Shown here one piece after another: positions 46,360 through 55,389 of a stretch of 64,000 nucleotides of DNA. Under the pieces are notes generated by a model. The model did no database searches and was not told the origin of the DNA. It saw only the letters and a list, made by a program, of their open reading frames with translations. Numbering within the stretch: the stretch's first letter is position 1; every line of letters starts with the position of its first letter. A program made the position numbers and the translations under genes. The DNA comes from an uncultured Collinsella sp. (lineage in GTDB: Bacteria > Actinomycetota > Coriobacteriia > Coriobacteriales > Coriobacteriaceae): NCBI GenBank assembly GCA_937943045.1, contig CALEBN010000066.1, positions 11,670-75,669 of the forward strand, in the 5' to 3' direction.

Positions 46360-47400
46360 ATGTCTGAGCTCAACCCCGTCCGCATTGCCGTTATCGGCGC
46401 CGGCGCCATGGGCCGCAACCACATCCGCTTTGTCACCGAGGAGCCCGAGGCCGAGCTCGTCGCCATCGCCGACGCCTTTGAGGGCGCCCGCGCCACGGCC
46501 GAGTCCGCCGGCGTGCCGTTTTACACCGATCCCGCCCAGATGATGGACGAGGTCAAGCCCGAGGCCGTCATTATCGCCACCCCCAACGACCTGCACCTGG
46601 GCGTTGCCCGCGAGGCCGTGAAGCGCAACATCGTGCCGCTGGTCGAAAAGCCGATCTCCAACGATCTCGAGGATGCCCAGGCCTTCGCCGCCGAGGCCGA
46701 GACCGCCGGCGTGCCCGTACTCGTGGGTCAGCACCGTCGCCACAACCCCTTCGTCAACAAGGCCAAGGAGATCATCGAGTCCGGCGAGCTGGGCAAGCTC
46801 ACCGTGTCGAGCTTCCACTACATGATCTATAAGAACGACGAGTACTTCGATGTCGAGTGGCGCCGCAAGAAGGGTGCCGGCCCGATCCTGGTCAACCTGG
46901 TGCACGACGTCGACCTGCTCCGTTACCTGCTGGGCGAGCCCGTTGCCGTCCAGGGCATGCAGTCCAGCGCCGCCCGCGGTTTTGAGACCGAGGACTCCGC
47001 CGTGGTCAACGTCCGTTTTGCCGATGGCGCGCTCGCAAGCATGACCATCTCCGACGCCACCGCCAGCCCCTGGAACTGGGAGGCAACCGCTCGCGAGGAT
47101 CCGCAGTATCGCCCCTTCGACGCCGACGCCTACTTTATTGGCGGTACCTTGGGCGCCTTGTCGCTGCCCCGCCTGCATCAGTTCTCCTACGACGGCGCCT
47201 CCAACTGGCACAAGCCGCTGCAGATGGAGATCCCGGCCGTCGACCCGGCGCTGCCGCACAAGATGCAGCTCAAGCACTTTGTGAAGGTCGTCCGCCGCGA
47301 GGTCGAGCCCGTCGTGACCCCCGCCGATAACGTCAAGACGCTCACGCTTCTCAACGCCATCAAGGAGGCCGCCGAGACCGGCCAGCTCGTCGAGCTGTAA
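46360..47400 (+). CDS. Gfo/Idh/MocA family oxidoreductase
   Basis: N-terminal Rossmann motif (RIAVIGAGAMGRNH) and an EKP motif (VEKPIS). 346 aa. Confidence 0.88.
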   Translation: MSELNPVRIAVIGAGAMGRNHIRFVTEEPEAELVAIADAFEGARATAESAGVPFYTDPAQMMDEVKPEAVIIATPNDLHLGVAREAVKRNIVPLVEKPISNDLEDAQAFAAEAETAGVPVLVGQHRRHNPFVNKAKEIIESGELGKLTVSSFHYMIYKNDEYFDVEWRRKKGAGPILVNLVHDVDLLRYLLGEPVAVQGMQSSAARGFETEDSAVVNVRFADGALASMTISDATASPWNWEATAREDPQYRPFDADAYFIGGTLGALSLPRLHQFSYDGASNWHKPLQMEIPAVDPALPHKMQLKHFVKVVRREVEPVVTPADNVKTLTLLNAIKEAAETGQLVEL

Positions 47401-47473
47401 TGCCTTAGGACAGACCGCGGCAGAAGCCCCATGCCGAGCCCCTCGGTCCGCCACCAATAAGCCCCTCTTCTTT

Positions 47474-47510
47474 GCCCCGCGAGCAGCCTCCTGCCCGCGG
47501 GGCATTTTGC
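47474..47510 (+). terminator. intrinsic terminator after the oxidoreductase gene
   Basis: GCCCCGCG-N14-CGCGGGGC followed by ATTTTGC. Confidence 0.6.
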
Positions 47511-47581
47511 TACCTTGCCGACGATTTTTCTGGGGCGGGGGCTATTTTGTACCTCGGCTTGATTCGTTTGCCACGAAATGC

Positions 47582-47717
47582 GCCTATCTACTACGTTTAA
47601 CCGATTACCCTCAACCATACCGAATTTCGCGAAATAAAAACCGCAGGTAGACGGCTTGCCGATTTTCGGAAAACCCAGGCATGGTCGACCTATACGGTTC
47701 AAACGTAGTAGATGGGC
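47582..47717. repeat. family-2 element: 22/23-bp inverted repeats closing a core with AAAACCGCAGGTAGAC
   Basis: GCCTATCTACTACGTTTAACCG (47582-47603) pairs with 47695-47717 (1 mismatch, 1 indel). Core at 47637-47652. Interior is homologous to 38136-38239. Confidence 0.85.
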
Positions 47718-47811
47718 CGTTTTCATGGCGCAGCCCCAAAACAGTCTTTTAGGACGGGTGGTATCCTTGGTAGCTCTGTGCTGCAAACGCACCTCAAACG
47801 CAAGGAGTCCC

Positions 47812-49959
47812 ATGGATCTTATCGCCCAGCTCGCCCGCGAGCTCAACCTTAAGGCTGACAACATCGAGGCAGCCGTCAAGCTCATCGACGAGGGCAATAC
47901 CATTCCCTTTATCTCGCGCTACCGCAAGGAAGCAACGGGCGGCATGGACGACGTCGCCCTGCGTGCGCTCGACGAGCGCCTGTCCTACCTGCGCAATCTT
48001 GAGCAGCGCAAGGAGGACGTCATCCTGCTCATCGACGCCCAGGGCAAACTCACGCCCGAACTCGAGCAGCAGATTCGCGAGGCCACGCAGCTCCAGCGTG
48101 TCGAGGACCTCTACAAGCCCTACCGCAAAAAGCGCATGACCCGCGCACAGAAGGCCCGCGAGGCAGGCCTGGAGCCGCTTGCCAACATGATCATCATGCA
48201 GGCCTCGGCCAAGGGCAGCGCGCTCGACGCCGCCGCGGCATACGTCAACGAGGAAGCCGGCTTCGACACGCCCGAGAAGGCGCTCGCCGGCGCCGCCGAC
48301 ATCGTGGCCGAGACGGTAGCCGAGGACCCGGAGAACGTCGCCGACCTGCGCGCCTTTACACAAAACACCGCCGATATCGTCGTCGAGGCCACCGATCCCA
48401 CCGAGAAGACTCCCTACGAGCCGTACTACAGCTATGACGAGCCACTGCGCCGTATACCCAACCACCGCGTGCTGGCTATCGACCGCGGTGAACGCGAGGG
48501 CAAGCTCCGCGTGCGCGTAAACGTCGACGGCGCTGCCGCCACGGCACGCCTTGGAAGCCGTTGGCCCCGCCGTCAGGGCGTGTTTGCCCCCATCTTCGAT
48601 GCCGCCATCGCCGACGGCTACAAGCGCCTCATGGCCCCCTCGCTGGAGCGCGAGGCCCGCGCCAAACTCACCGTTCGCGCCCAGACCGAGGCCATCAACG
48701 TCTTTGCCAAGAATCTCGAGGGTCTACTCTCGGCACGCCCCGTGCGAGGCGCCCGCGTGCTCGCGCTCGACCCGGGCTACCGCACCGGCTGCAAGGTCGC
48801 CGTCATGGACGAGACCGGCAAGCTGCTCGACCACGGCGTGGTCTACCCCACCAAACCGCGCCACGACGTCGCCGGCACTAAGCGCGAGCTCGCCCGCCTC
48901 GTCAAGAAGGACGACGTCAACACCATAGTCATCGGCAACGGCACCGCCAGCCGTGAGACCGAGGAAGTCGTCTCGGAGTTCATCGCCGAGCAGGCGCCTG
49001 GGCTGCGATACACCATCGTCAACGAGGCCGGCGCGTCGGTGTACTCCGCCTCCGAGCTCGCCAGCCAGGAATACCCCGACCTGGACGTCACCGTGCGTGG
49101 CGCCATGAGCCTGGGCCGTCGCCTGCAAGACCCGCTGGCAGAGCTCGTCAAGATTCCGCCCCAGTCCATCGGCGTTGGCCAGTACCAGCACGACCTTGAC
49201 CAGGCCGAGCTTTCACGCACCCTGGGCCACGTGGTGGAGGACGTCGTCAACCGCGTGGGCGTCGACGTCAACACCGCGAGTGCGAGCCTGCTGGGCTACG
49301 TGTCGGGCATCACGCCGAGCGTTGCCAAAAACATCGTGGCCTACCGCGAGGAACACGGCGCCTTTACCGATCGCCGCCAGCTCAAGAAGGTCCCCAAGTT
49401 GGGGCCCAAGGCATATCTCAACGCCGCGGGTTTCCTGCGCATCAGCGGCGGCAAGAACCCGCTCGACGCGACAAGCGTCCACCCTGAGAGCTACGAGGTG
49501 GCCACAACCGTCCTGGAGCGCGCAGGCGTTAAAGCCAGCGAGCTCAGCCGCGGCGGCGTGCCCGACATCGAGCGCCGTCTGGGCAGCATCTCGGCGCTGG
49601 CAAGCGACCTGGACTGCGGCACCCTCACGCTCATCGACATTGTCAACGAGCTCAAGAAGCCCGGTCGCGACCCGCGCGACGACGCGCCCGAGGTGGTCTT
49701 TAGCCGCTCAGCGCTTTCCATCGACGACCTGGAACCCGGCATGGAGCTCAAGGGCACGGTGCGCAACGTTGTGGACTTTGGCGCCTTCGTCGACGTGGGC
49801 GTGCACCAGGACGGCCTCGTGCACATCTCCAAGCTGGCCAACCGCTTTGTCAAGCACCCGAGCGACGTGGTGCGCGTCGGCGATACGGTCAAGGTGTGGG
49901 TCGAGAAGGTTGATCGCGACCGCAAAAAGATCTCCCTCACCATGGTGCAGGGCAAATAA
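47812..49959 (+). CDS. tex: Tex-like transcription accessory protein (YqgF/HhH/S1 domains)
   Basis: MDLIAQLARELNLKADNIEAAVKLIDEGNTIPFISRYRKE, the canonical Tex N-terminus. C-terminal S1 domain (GTVRNVVDFGAFVDVGVHQDGLVHIS). AAGGAG SD. Confidence 0.93.
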   Translation: MDLIAQLARELNLKADNIEAAVKLIDEGNTIPFISRYRKEATGGMDDVALRALDERLSYLRNLEQRKEDVILLIDAQGKLTPELEQQIREATQLQRVEDLYKPYRKKRMTRAQKAREAGLEPLANMIIMQASAKGSALDAAAAYVNEEAGFDTPEKALAGAADIVAETVAEDPENVADLRAFTQNTADIVVEATDPTEKTPYEPYYSYDEPLRRIPNHRVLAIDRGEREGKLRVRVNVDGAAATARLGSRWPRRQGVFAPIFDAAIADGYKRLMAPSLEREARAKLTVRAQTEAINVFAKNLEGLLSARPVRGARVLALDPGYRTGCKVAVMDETGKLLDHGVVYPTKPRHDVAGTKRELARLVKKDDVNTIVIGNGTASRETEEVVSEFIAEQAPGLRYTIVNEAGASVYSASELASQEYPDLDVTVRGAMSLGRRLQDPLAELVKIPPQSIGVGQYQHDLDQAELSRTLGHVVEDVVNRVGVDVNTASASLLGYVSGITPSVAKNIVAYREEHGAFTDRRQLKKVPKLGPKAYLNAAGFLRISGGKNPLDATSVHPESYEVATTVLERAGVKASELSRGGVPDIERRLGSISALASDLDCGTLTLIDIVNELKKPGRDPRDDAPEVVFSRSALSIDDLEPGMELKGTVRNVVDFGAFVDVGVHQDGLVHISKLANRFVKHPSDVVRVGDTVKVWVEKVDRDRKKISLTMVQGK

Positions 49960-50116
49960 TCCGGCATGAAAATCGGACAAACAAGCCCAGGCTCGTTTGT
50001 CCGATTAACAGGCACATCTCCGTACACACCACAACAAAAAGGTGCCGCCCATCAAAGAGGCGGCACCAACAAAGTCTCATTCAGCTCAGAACCTACTGAC
50101 AAGCTCGTGCCGGCAG

Positions 50117-50186
50117 CCCCGGCCTTCCCTTTCCCTAGCGCGACCCTCGCAAAGCGCGTGAGCGATAGGGAAAGGGAAGGCCGGGG
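50117..50186. terminator. large perfect stem-loop between convergent tex and transaldolase genes
   Basis: 21-bp perfect arms CCCCGGCCTTCCCTTTCCCTA / TAGGGAAAGGGAAGGCCGGGG with a 28-nt loop. A second hairpin lies at 50041-50067, with a T-run on the reverse strand. Confidence 0.5.
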
Positions 50187-50217
50187 CGAACAGCCCACGG
50201 CGCAGCCAGTGTTCGCC

Positions 50218-50922
50218 CTACGGCAGGATATGAAAGCCCAAAGCGGCGATATCCTTGGCAAAACCGCGCACGGTGTCGAGCGAGATCTCGTACGGGTCGC
50301 GGCCGATGTTCTTGCGCTTGGCCAGGATGCTGTTAGGCACCGTGATGATCTGGCAACCGCAGGCTTCGGCCTGGTAGATGTTGATGAGCTCGCGCGTGGA
50401 TGCCCACAGGACCTCGCAGTTGGGCTTGACGGCGGCCTTCTTGACCGACTCCGTCACAAACGGAATGGGATCGACGCCGGTATCGGCGATACGGCCGGCA
50501 AAGAGCGAGATGATAGACGGCGTCTCGGCGTCAACGGCCTCGACCATCTCATCGACCTGCTCGGGCGTAAAGATGGTAGTGACGTTGACCTTGATGCCGT
50601 CGGCCGAAAGCTTGCGGACCAGCCCGGCGGTGGACTCGCCCTTGGTGGTCACGCACGGAATCTTGACGTAGACGTTGTCGGCCCAGGTAGCGATCTCGCG
50701 CGCCTCAACCTCCATGGTCTCGGTGTCGTCGGCAAAGACCTCAAACGAGACGGACACATCGGTGATGTGGGCCAGGACCTCCTTGGCAAACGCGCGGTAA
50801 TCCGTCACGCCGCCCTTCTTCATAAGGGACGGGTTGGTCGTGAAACCCTGAACGTTGCCGTTCTCGTACATGTCGAGCATGCCTTCGAGGTTTGCACCGT
50901 CAGCGAACACCTTGATTGCCAT
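50218..50922 (-). CDS. transaldolase / fructose-6-phosphate aldolase family protein
   Basis: MAIKVFADGANLEGM...GFTTNPSL...VKIP pattern. 234 aa from the ATG at 50922. Confidence 0.8.
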   Translation of the reverse strand: MAIKVFADGANLEGMLDMYENGNVQGFTTNPSLMKKGGVTDYRAFAKEVLAHITDVSVSFEVFADDTETMEVEAREIATWADNVYVKIPCVTTKGESTAGLVRKLSADGIKVNVTTIFTPEQVDEMVEAVDAETPSIISLFAGRIADTGVDPIPFVTESVKKAAVKPNCEVLWASTRELINIYQAEACGCQIITVPNSILAKRKNIGRDPYEISLDTVRGFAKDIAALGFHILP

Positions 50923-50960
50923 CTGCCTGATTCCTTTCGCTTGCACATGGGCGTTGAGCT

Positions 50961-51060
50961 GCTAAACACTTTACCTACGTTTATCAAGGCGTGAGCTGCG
51001 GGTTTTTATCTTCTCGGCGAACGGTATAAACACCTCAGTGTTTGGATTGATAAATCGATT
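50961..51060. repeat. family-2 element, diverged copy in the opposite orientation
   Basis: The reverse complement reads ATACCGTTCGCCGAGAAGATAAAAACCCGCAGCTCACGCCTTGATAAACGTAGGTAAAG. Compare 47619-47712: ATACCGAATTTCGCGAAATAAAAACCGCAGGTAGACGGCTTG...AAACGTAGTAGATGG. Confidence 0.55.
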
Positions 51061-51115
51061 GAGCATGCAAAAGCAAAGAGTCGCAGTTTGAGCAAACGTC
51101 AGAACGCGGGATTCA

Positions 51116-51943
51116 TTAGATGAGGCCGAAATGCCGCATCGCTGTGACGGTGCCGTCGTGTGCGACATCGTCGGTCACGTAGTCGGCGACCGCCTTGACC
51201 TCAGGCATGGCGTTGCCCATGGCGACAGCCGTCTCGACCGCAGCGAGCATGCCCAGGTCGTTACCCGAATCGCCGAAGCCAAAGGTGCGCGCGTTGCCGG
51301 TGCGACCCAGGTATTCCAGCGCTCGCGCCACGCCCACGCCCTTGTCGATGCCCTTGGGGCTCAGCTCGCGATTCTGACCACCGGTGTTGCACAGCTCAAA
51401 CTCGCGATCGATAAAGCCATCATCGTTGGCTACGCGAGCCAGGTCGCTCGCGACGATGCCTACCTTGCCCACGCGCAGACGGCCGTCGACGCGCATTTCC
51501 TCGGTGCTGTGCACCACAGAAGTGCCGATCAGAGACGACTGCTCAACACCCTCGGGTTCCAGGGCAAAAGTAGCCACGTTGGTCTCGAAAAAGGCCTCAA
51601 TCCCTGCCGCGGCCATACGGCGCGCAAGCTCCTCGATAACGTCCTCGTCAAAGCAGTCCTCGTGTACCACGCGTCCCTCGACCTCGAGCGTGGCTCCCGC
51701 CATGGCAACGATGCCCGCGGGGTCGAGCGCACGCAAGCTGTCCGCGATGAGCCACAGGGGACGACCCGTGCAGATAAACGCCTTGTGCCCTGCATCGCGC
51801 AGTGCACGGAACGCCTCAACCACCGTCTGCGAGGGGCGAACCGCCGAAAAGTCCTTGTCGGTCATATTGTCCGGATCGAACGACGTCAGCGTGCCGTCCA
51901 CGTCAAAAAAGAGCACAGCGGATTCGGGGCACGCATCAATCAT
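51116..51943 (-). CDS. Cof-type HAD-IIB family hydrolase
   Basis: FFDVDGTL (DxD motif), CTGRP, GDSGNDLGM. Confidence 0.85.
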   Translation of the reverse strand: MIDACPESAVLFFDVDGTLTSFDPDNMTDKDFSAVRPSQTVVEAFRALRDAGHKAFICTGRPLWLIADSLRALDPAGIVAMAGATLEVEGRVVHEDCFDEDVIEELARRMAAAGIEAFFETNVATFALEPEGVEQSSLIGTSVVHSTEEMRVDGRLRVGKVGIVASDLARVANDDGFIDREFELCNTGGQNRELSPKGIDKGVGVARALEYLGRTGNARTFGFGDSGNDLGMLAAVETAVAMGNAMPEVKAVADYVTDDVAHDGTVTAMRHFGLI

Positions 51944-52018
51944 ATGGGTTCCTTTCGGGGGCGAGAGCAAACGAAGTATTCATCATATAATGGAGCGACG
52001 CAACCAGAGAGGTCACCC

Positions 52019-54577
52019 ATGGAATTTTACGCAAGCTGCCCCGAGGGCTTTGAGTCCGCACTCGCCGACGAGCTTAAACGCCTCGGGCTTTCGCATGTCC
52101 GCCGCCTGAAGGGCCGCGCTACGTTTGAGGGCGAGCTTGAGCAGGGCTATCGCGCGTGCCTGTGGTCGCGCCTGGCGAGCCGTGTGTTCGTGGTACTCGG
52201 GCGCTTTGAGGCGCAGGATGCCGACGAGCTGTACGATAGCGTTTACAACATCGCCTGGGAGAGCATCGTCCGCCCCGGCGCCACCATCGCCATTACCGCC
52301 CGCGGCGTGACCGAGCATCTGCGCAACACGCGTTTCTCGGCCCTGCGCGCCAAGGACGCGCTGTGCGACCGTCTGGCCGAGACCACGGGCCGTCGTGCCG
52401 ACGTCGATGCCGCCGACCCCGACGTTCACCTGTTGCTTTCGCTGCGTCAGCGTCGCGCGAGTATCAGCCTGGACCTTTCGGGCGACCCGCTGTTCAAGCG
52501 CCTGCCGCCCGCCGCGACCCGCGCCGGCGAGGGCACGCACGTGCTGCGCCCCGACTACGCCGCCCTAGTGCTGGCGCAGGTCGGCTGGACCGCACTGTGC
52601 GAGCGCGAGCTGACGTCCGATGATTACGAAAACGAAGCCCTGCCCACGCTGGTCGATGCCTCGTGCGCAGGCGGCGGTCTGCTGTTGGAGGCCGTGAACA
52701 TTCTGACCGACCGCGCCCCGGGCGCCGCACGCGAGCGCTGGGGCTTTGAGGGCTGGCAGCTGCACGACGCCGCTCTGTGGGAGCAGTTGCTTGCCGAGGC
52801 ACGCGAGCGCGAGGCGGCAGCACGCGAGCGCCAGGCACGCATCGTGGCCGTGGATGTTGACCCCGCCGCCCGCAAGACCGCTGAGCGCATGGTCAAGTGC
52901 GCCGGCTACAAGCGCTTTGTCGATTTTTGCGCCGCCAAGTCCGCCGCCGTGCTGGACCATGCGGGCGCCGTCGCCGGTGCCGCCGTGGTCGCAGACACCA
53001 CCGAAACCCCGCTTTCGCTCATGCACGACGCCATGACGCTGGTCGGTGAGCTGCGCCGCGCGCCCGAGCTTGCCTCGGCACCGGTCGCCGCGCTCACCCG
53101 CGATGGCCTTATGGCCCGCGCACTCCATGCCGAGCCCGCGCGCTCCATTGCCGTCATGCCCAATAACGAGGAGGCGGCTATTGAGGTCTGGCCCTCGCTC
53201 GACCACGCCGCCGCGGCATTCGAAGCTGCGACCAGCGCAGATGCCGAACAGCAGACCGCAGACGCTCAAGACGAAGCCGCCGACACTCCCATGCCCGAAC
53301 CTGCCGCCACGCTCGACCTGGGCGACGGCAAGCCGCTGCCCGTGCTCATCCCCGAGTCCGAGCAGTTCGCCAACCGCCTGCGCAAGAACGCCCGCCTGCG
53401 TCGCAAGTGGGCAAAGCGCGAGGGCGTGAGCTGCTACCGCGTCTACGATGCCGACCTGCCCGACTACTCCGCCGCCATTGACCTGTACGAAGGCTGCCCG
53501 CAGACGCCGGGCCGCTGGCTCGTCATCGCCGAATACGCCGCGCCCAAGACCATCGATCCCACGCTGGCCCAGGCCCGCATGCTCGACATCTTGGCCATCG
53601 CGCCGCGCATCCTAGATGTTCCCGCCGAGCATGTGCACGCCAAGGCCCGCATGCGTTCGCGCGGCGGCTCGCAGTACGGCAAGCAGGGTGCCGGCAAGGG
53701 CGGATCGGGCGAGCGTGCCAACATCGCGCGCCGTCGCCTGCCGCTCATCGAAGAGGGCGGCCTTACCTTTGCCGTCAACTTTGACGACTATCTGGATGTG
53801 GGCATCTTCCTGGACCACCGCGTCACCCGCAACCTGGTGCGCGAGCACGCCAAACAGGCACGCCGCTTCCTCAACCTGTTCGCCTACACCGGCACCGCCA
53901 CCTGCTATGCGGCAGACGGCGGCGTCGAGGAGACCGTGACGGTCGACCTTTCCAACACCTACCTGGACTGGGCCGAGCGCAACATGCGCCAGAACGGCTT
54001 TGTTGGCCCGCAGCATCACTTTGTGCGCGATGACGTGCTCGCCTGGATTCGTGACCAGCGCCAGACGCGCAACCGCTGGGACCTGATTTTTGTCGACCCG
54101 CCCACGTTTTCGAACTCGTCCAAGATGGGCCGCCGCACCTGGGATGTCCAGCGCGACCATGTTGAGCTTTTGGCCGGCGTATCTCGCCTGCTCGCACAGG
54201 GCGGACATGCCATCTTTAGCTGCAACCTGCGCGGCTTTCGCCCCGAGACGCGCAAGCTCGCACGCGCGGGCGTCGTGCTGGAGGACATTACGGCGCAGAC
54301 CATCCCCGAGGATTTCGCACGCAACCAGAAGGTGCATCATTGCTATATCGTGCGCCGACTGCCCATCGAGGACGCCATGGCCGAGGTCGGCTTTAGCGCC
54401 GAGGAGATTGCCGAGCGAACCGAGGAGCTGCGCAACCCCGAGGCCCGCAAGCCCCGTGCGTCAGTACCCGCGCACGCGCAGGCCGGCAACGGCAAGTCGA
54501 ACTTTGCCGGCAAACCCTCCCCCGCCGGCAAGCCCAAAAAGAAGAAGTTCTACGCCAGCAAGCCCAAGGGCAAATAA
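52019..54577 (+). CDS. RlmKL/RlmL-like 23S rRNA methyltransferase (THUMP domain plus two SAM-methyltransferase modules) with a Lys-rich tail
   Basis: From the ATG at 52019: MEFYASCPEGFESALADELKRLGL (THUMP-type N-terminus). C-terminal module with NLFAYTG, DLIFVDPPTFS. 852 aa. Confidence 0.75.
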   Translation: MEFYASCPEGFESALADELKRLGLSHVRRLKGRATFEGELEQGYRACLWSRLASRVFVVLGRFEAQDADELYDSVYNIAWESIVRPGATIAITARGVTEHLRNTRFSALRAKDALCDRLAETTGRRADVDAADPDVHLLLSLRQRRASISLDLSGDPLFKRLPPAATRAGEGTHVLRPDYAALVLAQVGWTALCERELTSDDYENEALPTLVDASCAGGGLLLEAVNILTDRAPGAARERWGFEGWQLHDAALWEQLLAEAREREAAARERQARIVAVDVDPAARKTAERMVKCAGYKRFVDFCAAKSAAVLDHAGAVAGAAVVADTTETPLSLMHDAMTLVGELRRAPELASAPVAALTRDGLMARALHAEPARSIAVMPNNEEAAIEVWPSLDHAAAAFEAATSADAEQQTADAQDEAADTPMPEPAATLDLGDGKPLPVLIPESEQFANRLRKNARLRRKWAKREGVSCYRVYDADLPDYSAAIDLYEGCPQTPGRWLVIAEYAAPKTIDPTLAQARMLDILAIAPRILDVPAEHVHAKARMRSRGGSQYGKQGAGKGGSGERANIARRRLPLIEEGGLTFAVNFDDYLDVGIFLDHRVTRNLVREHAKQARRFLNLFAYTGTATCYAADGGVEETVTVDLSNTYLDWAERNMRQNGFVGPQHHFVRDDVLAWIRDQRQTRNRWDLIFVDPPTFSNSSKMGRRTWDVQRDHVELLAGVSRLLAQGGHAIFSCNLRGFRPETRKLARAGVVLEDITAQTIPEDFARNQKVHHCYIVRRLPIEDAMAEVGFSAEEIAERTEELRNPEARKPRASVPAHAQAGNGKSNFAGKPSPAGKPKKKKFYASKPKGK

Positions 54578-54671
54578 CAAAGTTGCGGTGGAATACGGAC
54601 TGTTTTGCCTGGAATTAGGCAAATTTAGACCGTATTTCACCGCAACTCATAGTGGGATGGTGGTTGGCGAT

Positions 54672-55385
54672 CTAGCCTTGGGTGACCAATCGGTAACCGA
54701 TACCCACATGCGTCTGGATATAGCGCGGATGCGCGGGGTCGGACTCGATCTTCTTGCGCAGCGTGCCCATAAAGACACGCAGGCTCGCCAGGTCGCTCTT
54801 GGTTGCCGTGCCCCAAATCTCGTGCAGGATAAACTGGTGCGTCAGCACCTTGTCGGCGTTATGCGCCAACAGGCACAGGAGCTTGTACTCGATCGGCGTC
54901 AGATGCAACTCCTCGCCATCCATCGTGGCGATGCCGGCATCAAAATCGATATGCAGCTCACCGGTATCGAACGAGCCCTCGGACGCACCCATGCCAATCT
55001 GCGCATACGAAAGGCGCCTGAGCGTCGTGCGAATGCGCGCGAGCAGCTCCTCGACCGAAAACGGCTTGGTCAGGTAGTCGTCGGCGCCGGCATCGAGCGC
55101 GCGAATCTTGTCCGCATCCTCGCTGCGCGCCGAAACCACAATAATCGGCATACCCGACCATGCGCGCACCGACTCCACCACCTTGACACCATCCATATCG
55201 GGCAGGCCCAGATCGAGCAGCACAATACTCGGTGCCTGCGATGAGGCGGCGGCGATGGCGGCATGGGCGGTCTCCACGGCCATATGGCGCAAGCCGTGCG
55301 CCTCGAGCGCAGCGACGATAAGATTGCGAACGGCGGGGTCGTCCTCAACGACCAAGATGAGCGGTTTTACGGCAGAGTTCGGCAC
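54672..55385 (-). CDS. kdpE: OmpR-family response regulator, KdpE-like
   Basis: GTG start after AAGGAG. ILVVEDDPAVRNL...LDLGLPDMDG...ALDAGADDYLTKPF plus a winged-helix C-terminus (THVGIGYRL). Confidence 0.85.
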   Translation of the reverse strand: MPNSAVKPLILVVEDDPAVRNLIVAALEAHGLRHMAVETAHAAIAAASSQAPSIVLLDLGLPDMDGVKVVESVRAWSGMPIIVVSARSEDADKIRALDAGADDYLTKPFSVEELLARIRTTLRRLSYAQIGMGASEGSFDTGELHIDFDAGIATMDGEELHLTPIEYKLLCLLAHNADKVLTHQFILHEIWGTATKSDLASLRVFMGTLRKKIESDPAHPRYIQTHVGIGYRLVTQG

Positions 55386-55389
55386 AGCG

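Noticed and set aside
44461-47505. A 1014-aa minus-strand ORF spanning the SDR, MFS and oxidoreductase genes
   Set aside because: It overlaps three well-supported plus-strand genes that have canonical motifs. Its composition (Gly/Ala/Asp/Val/Leu runs) is typical of antisense frames in GC-rich sequence.
51131-52018. An N-terminal 296-aa extension of the rRNA methyltransferase ORF
   Set aside because: The extension is antisense to the HAD hydrolase gene. A THUMP-type N-terminus begins at the ATG at 52019.
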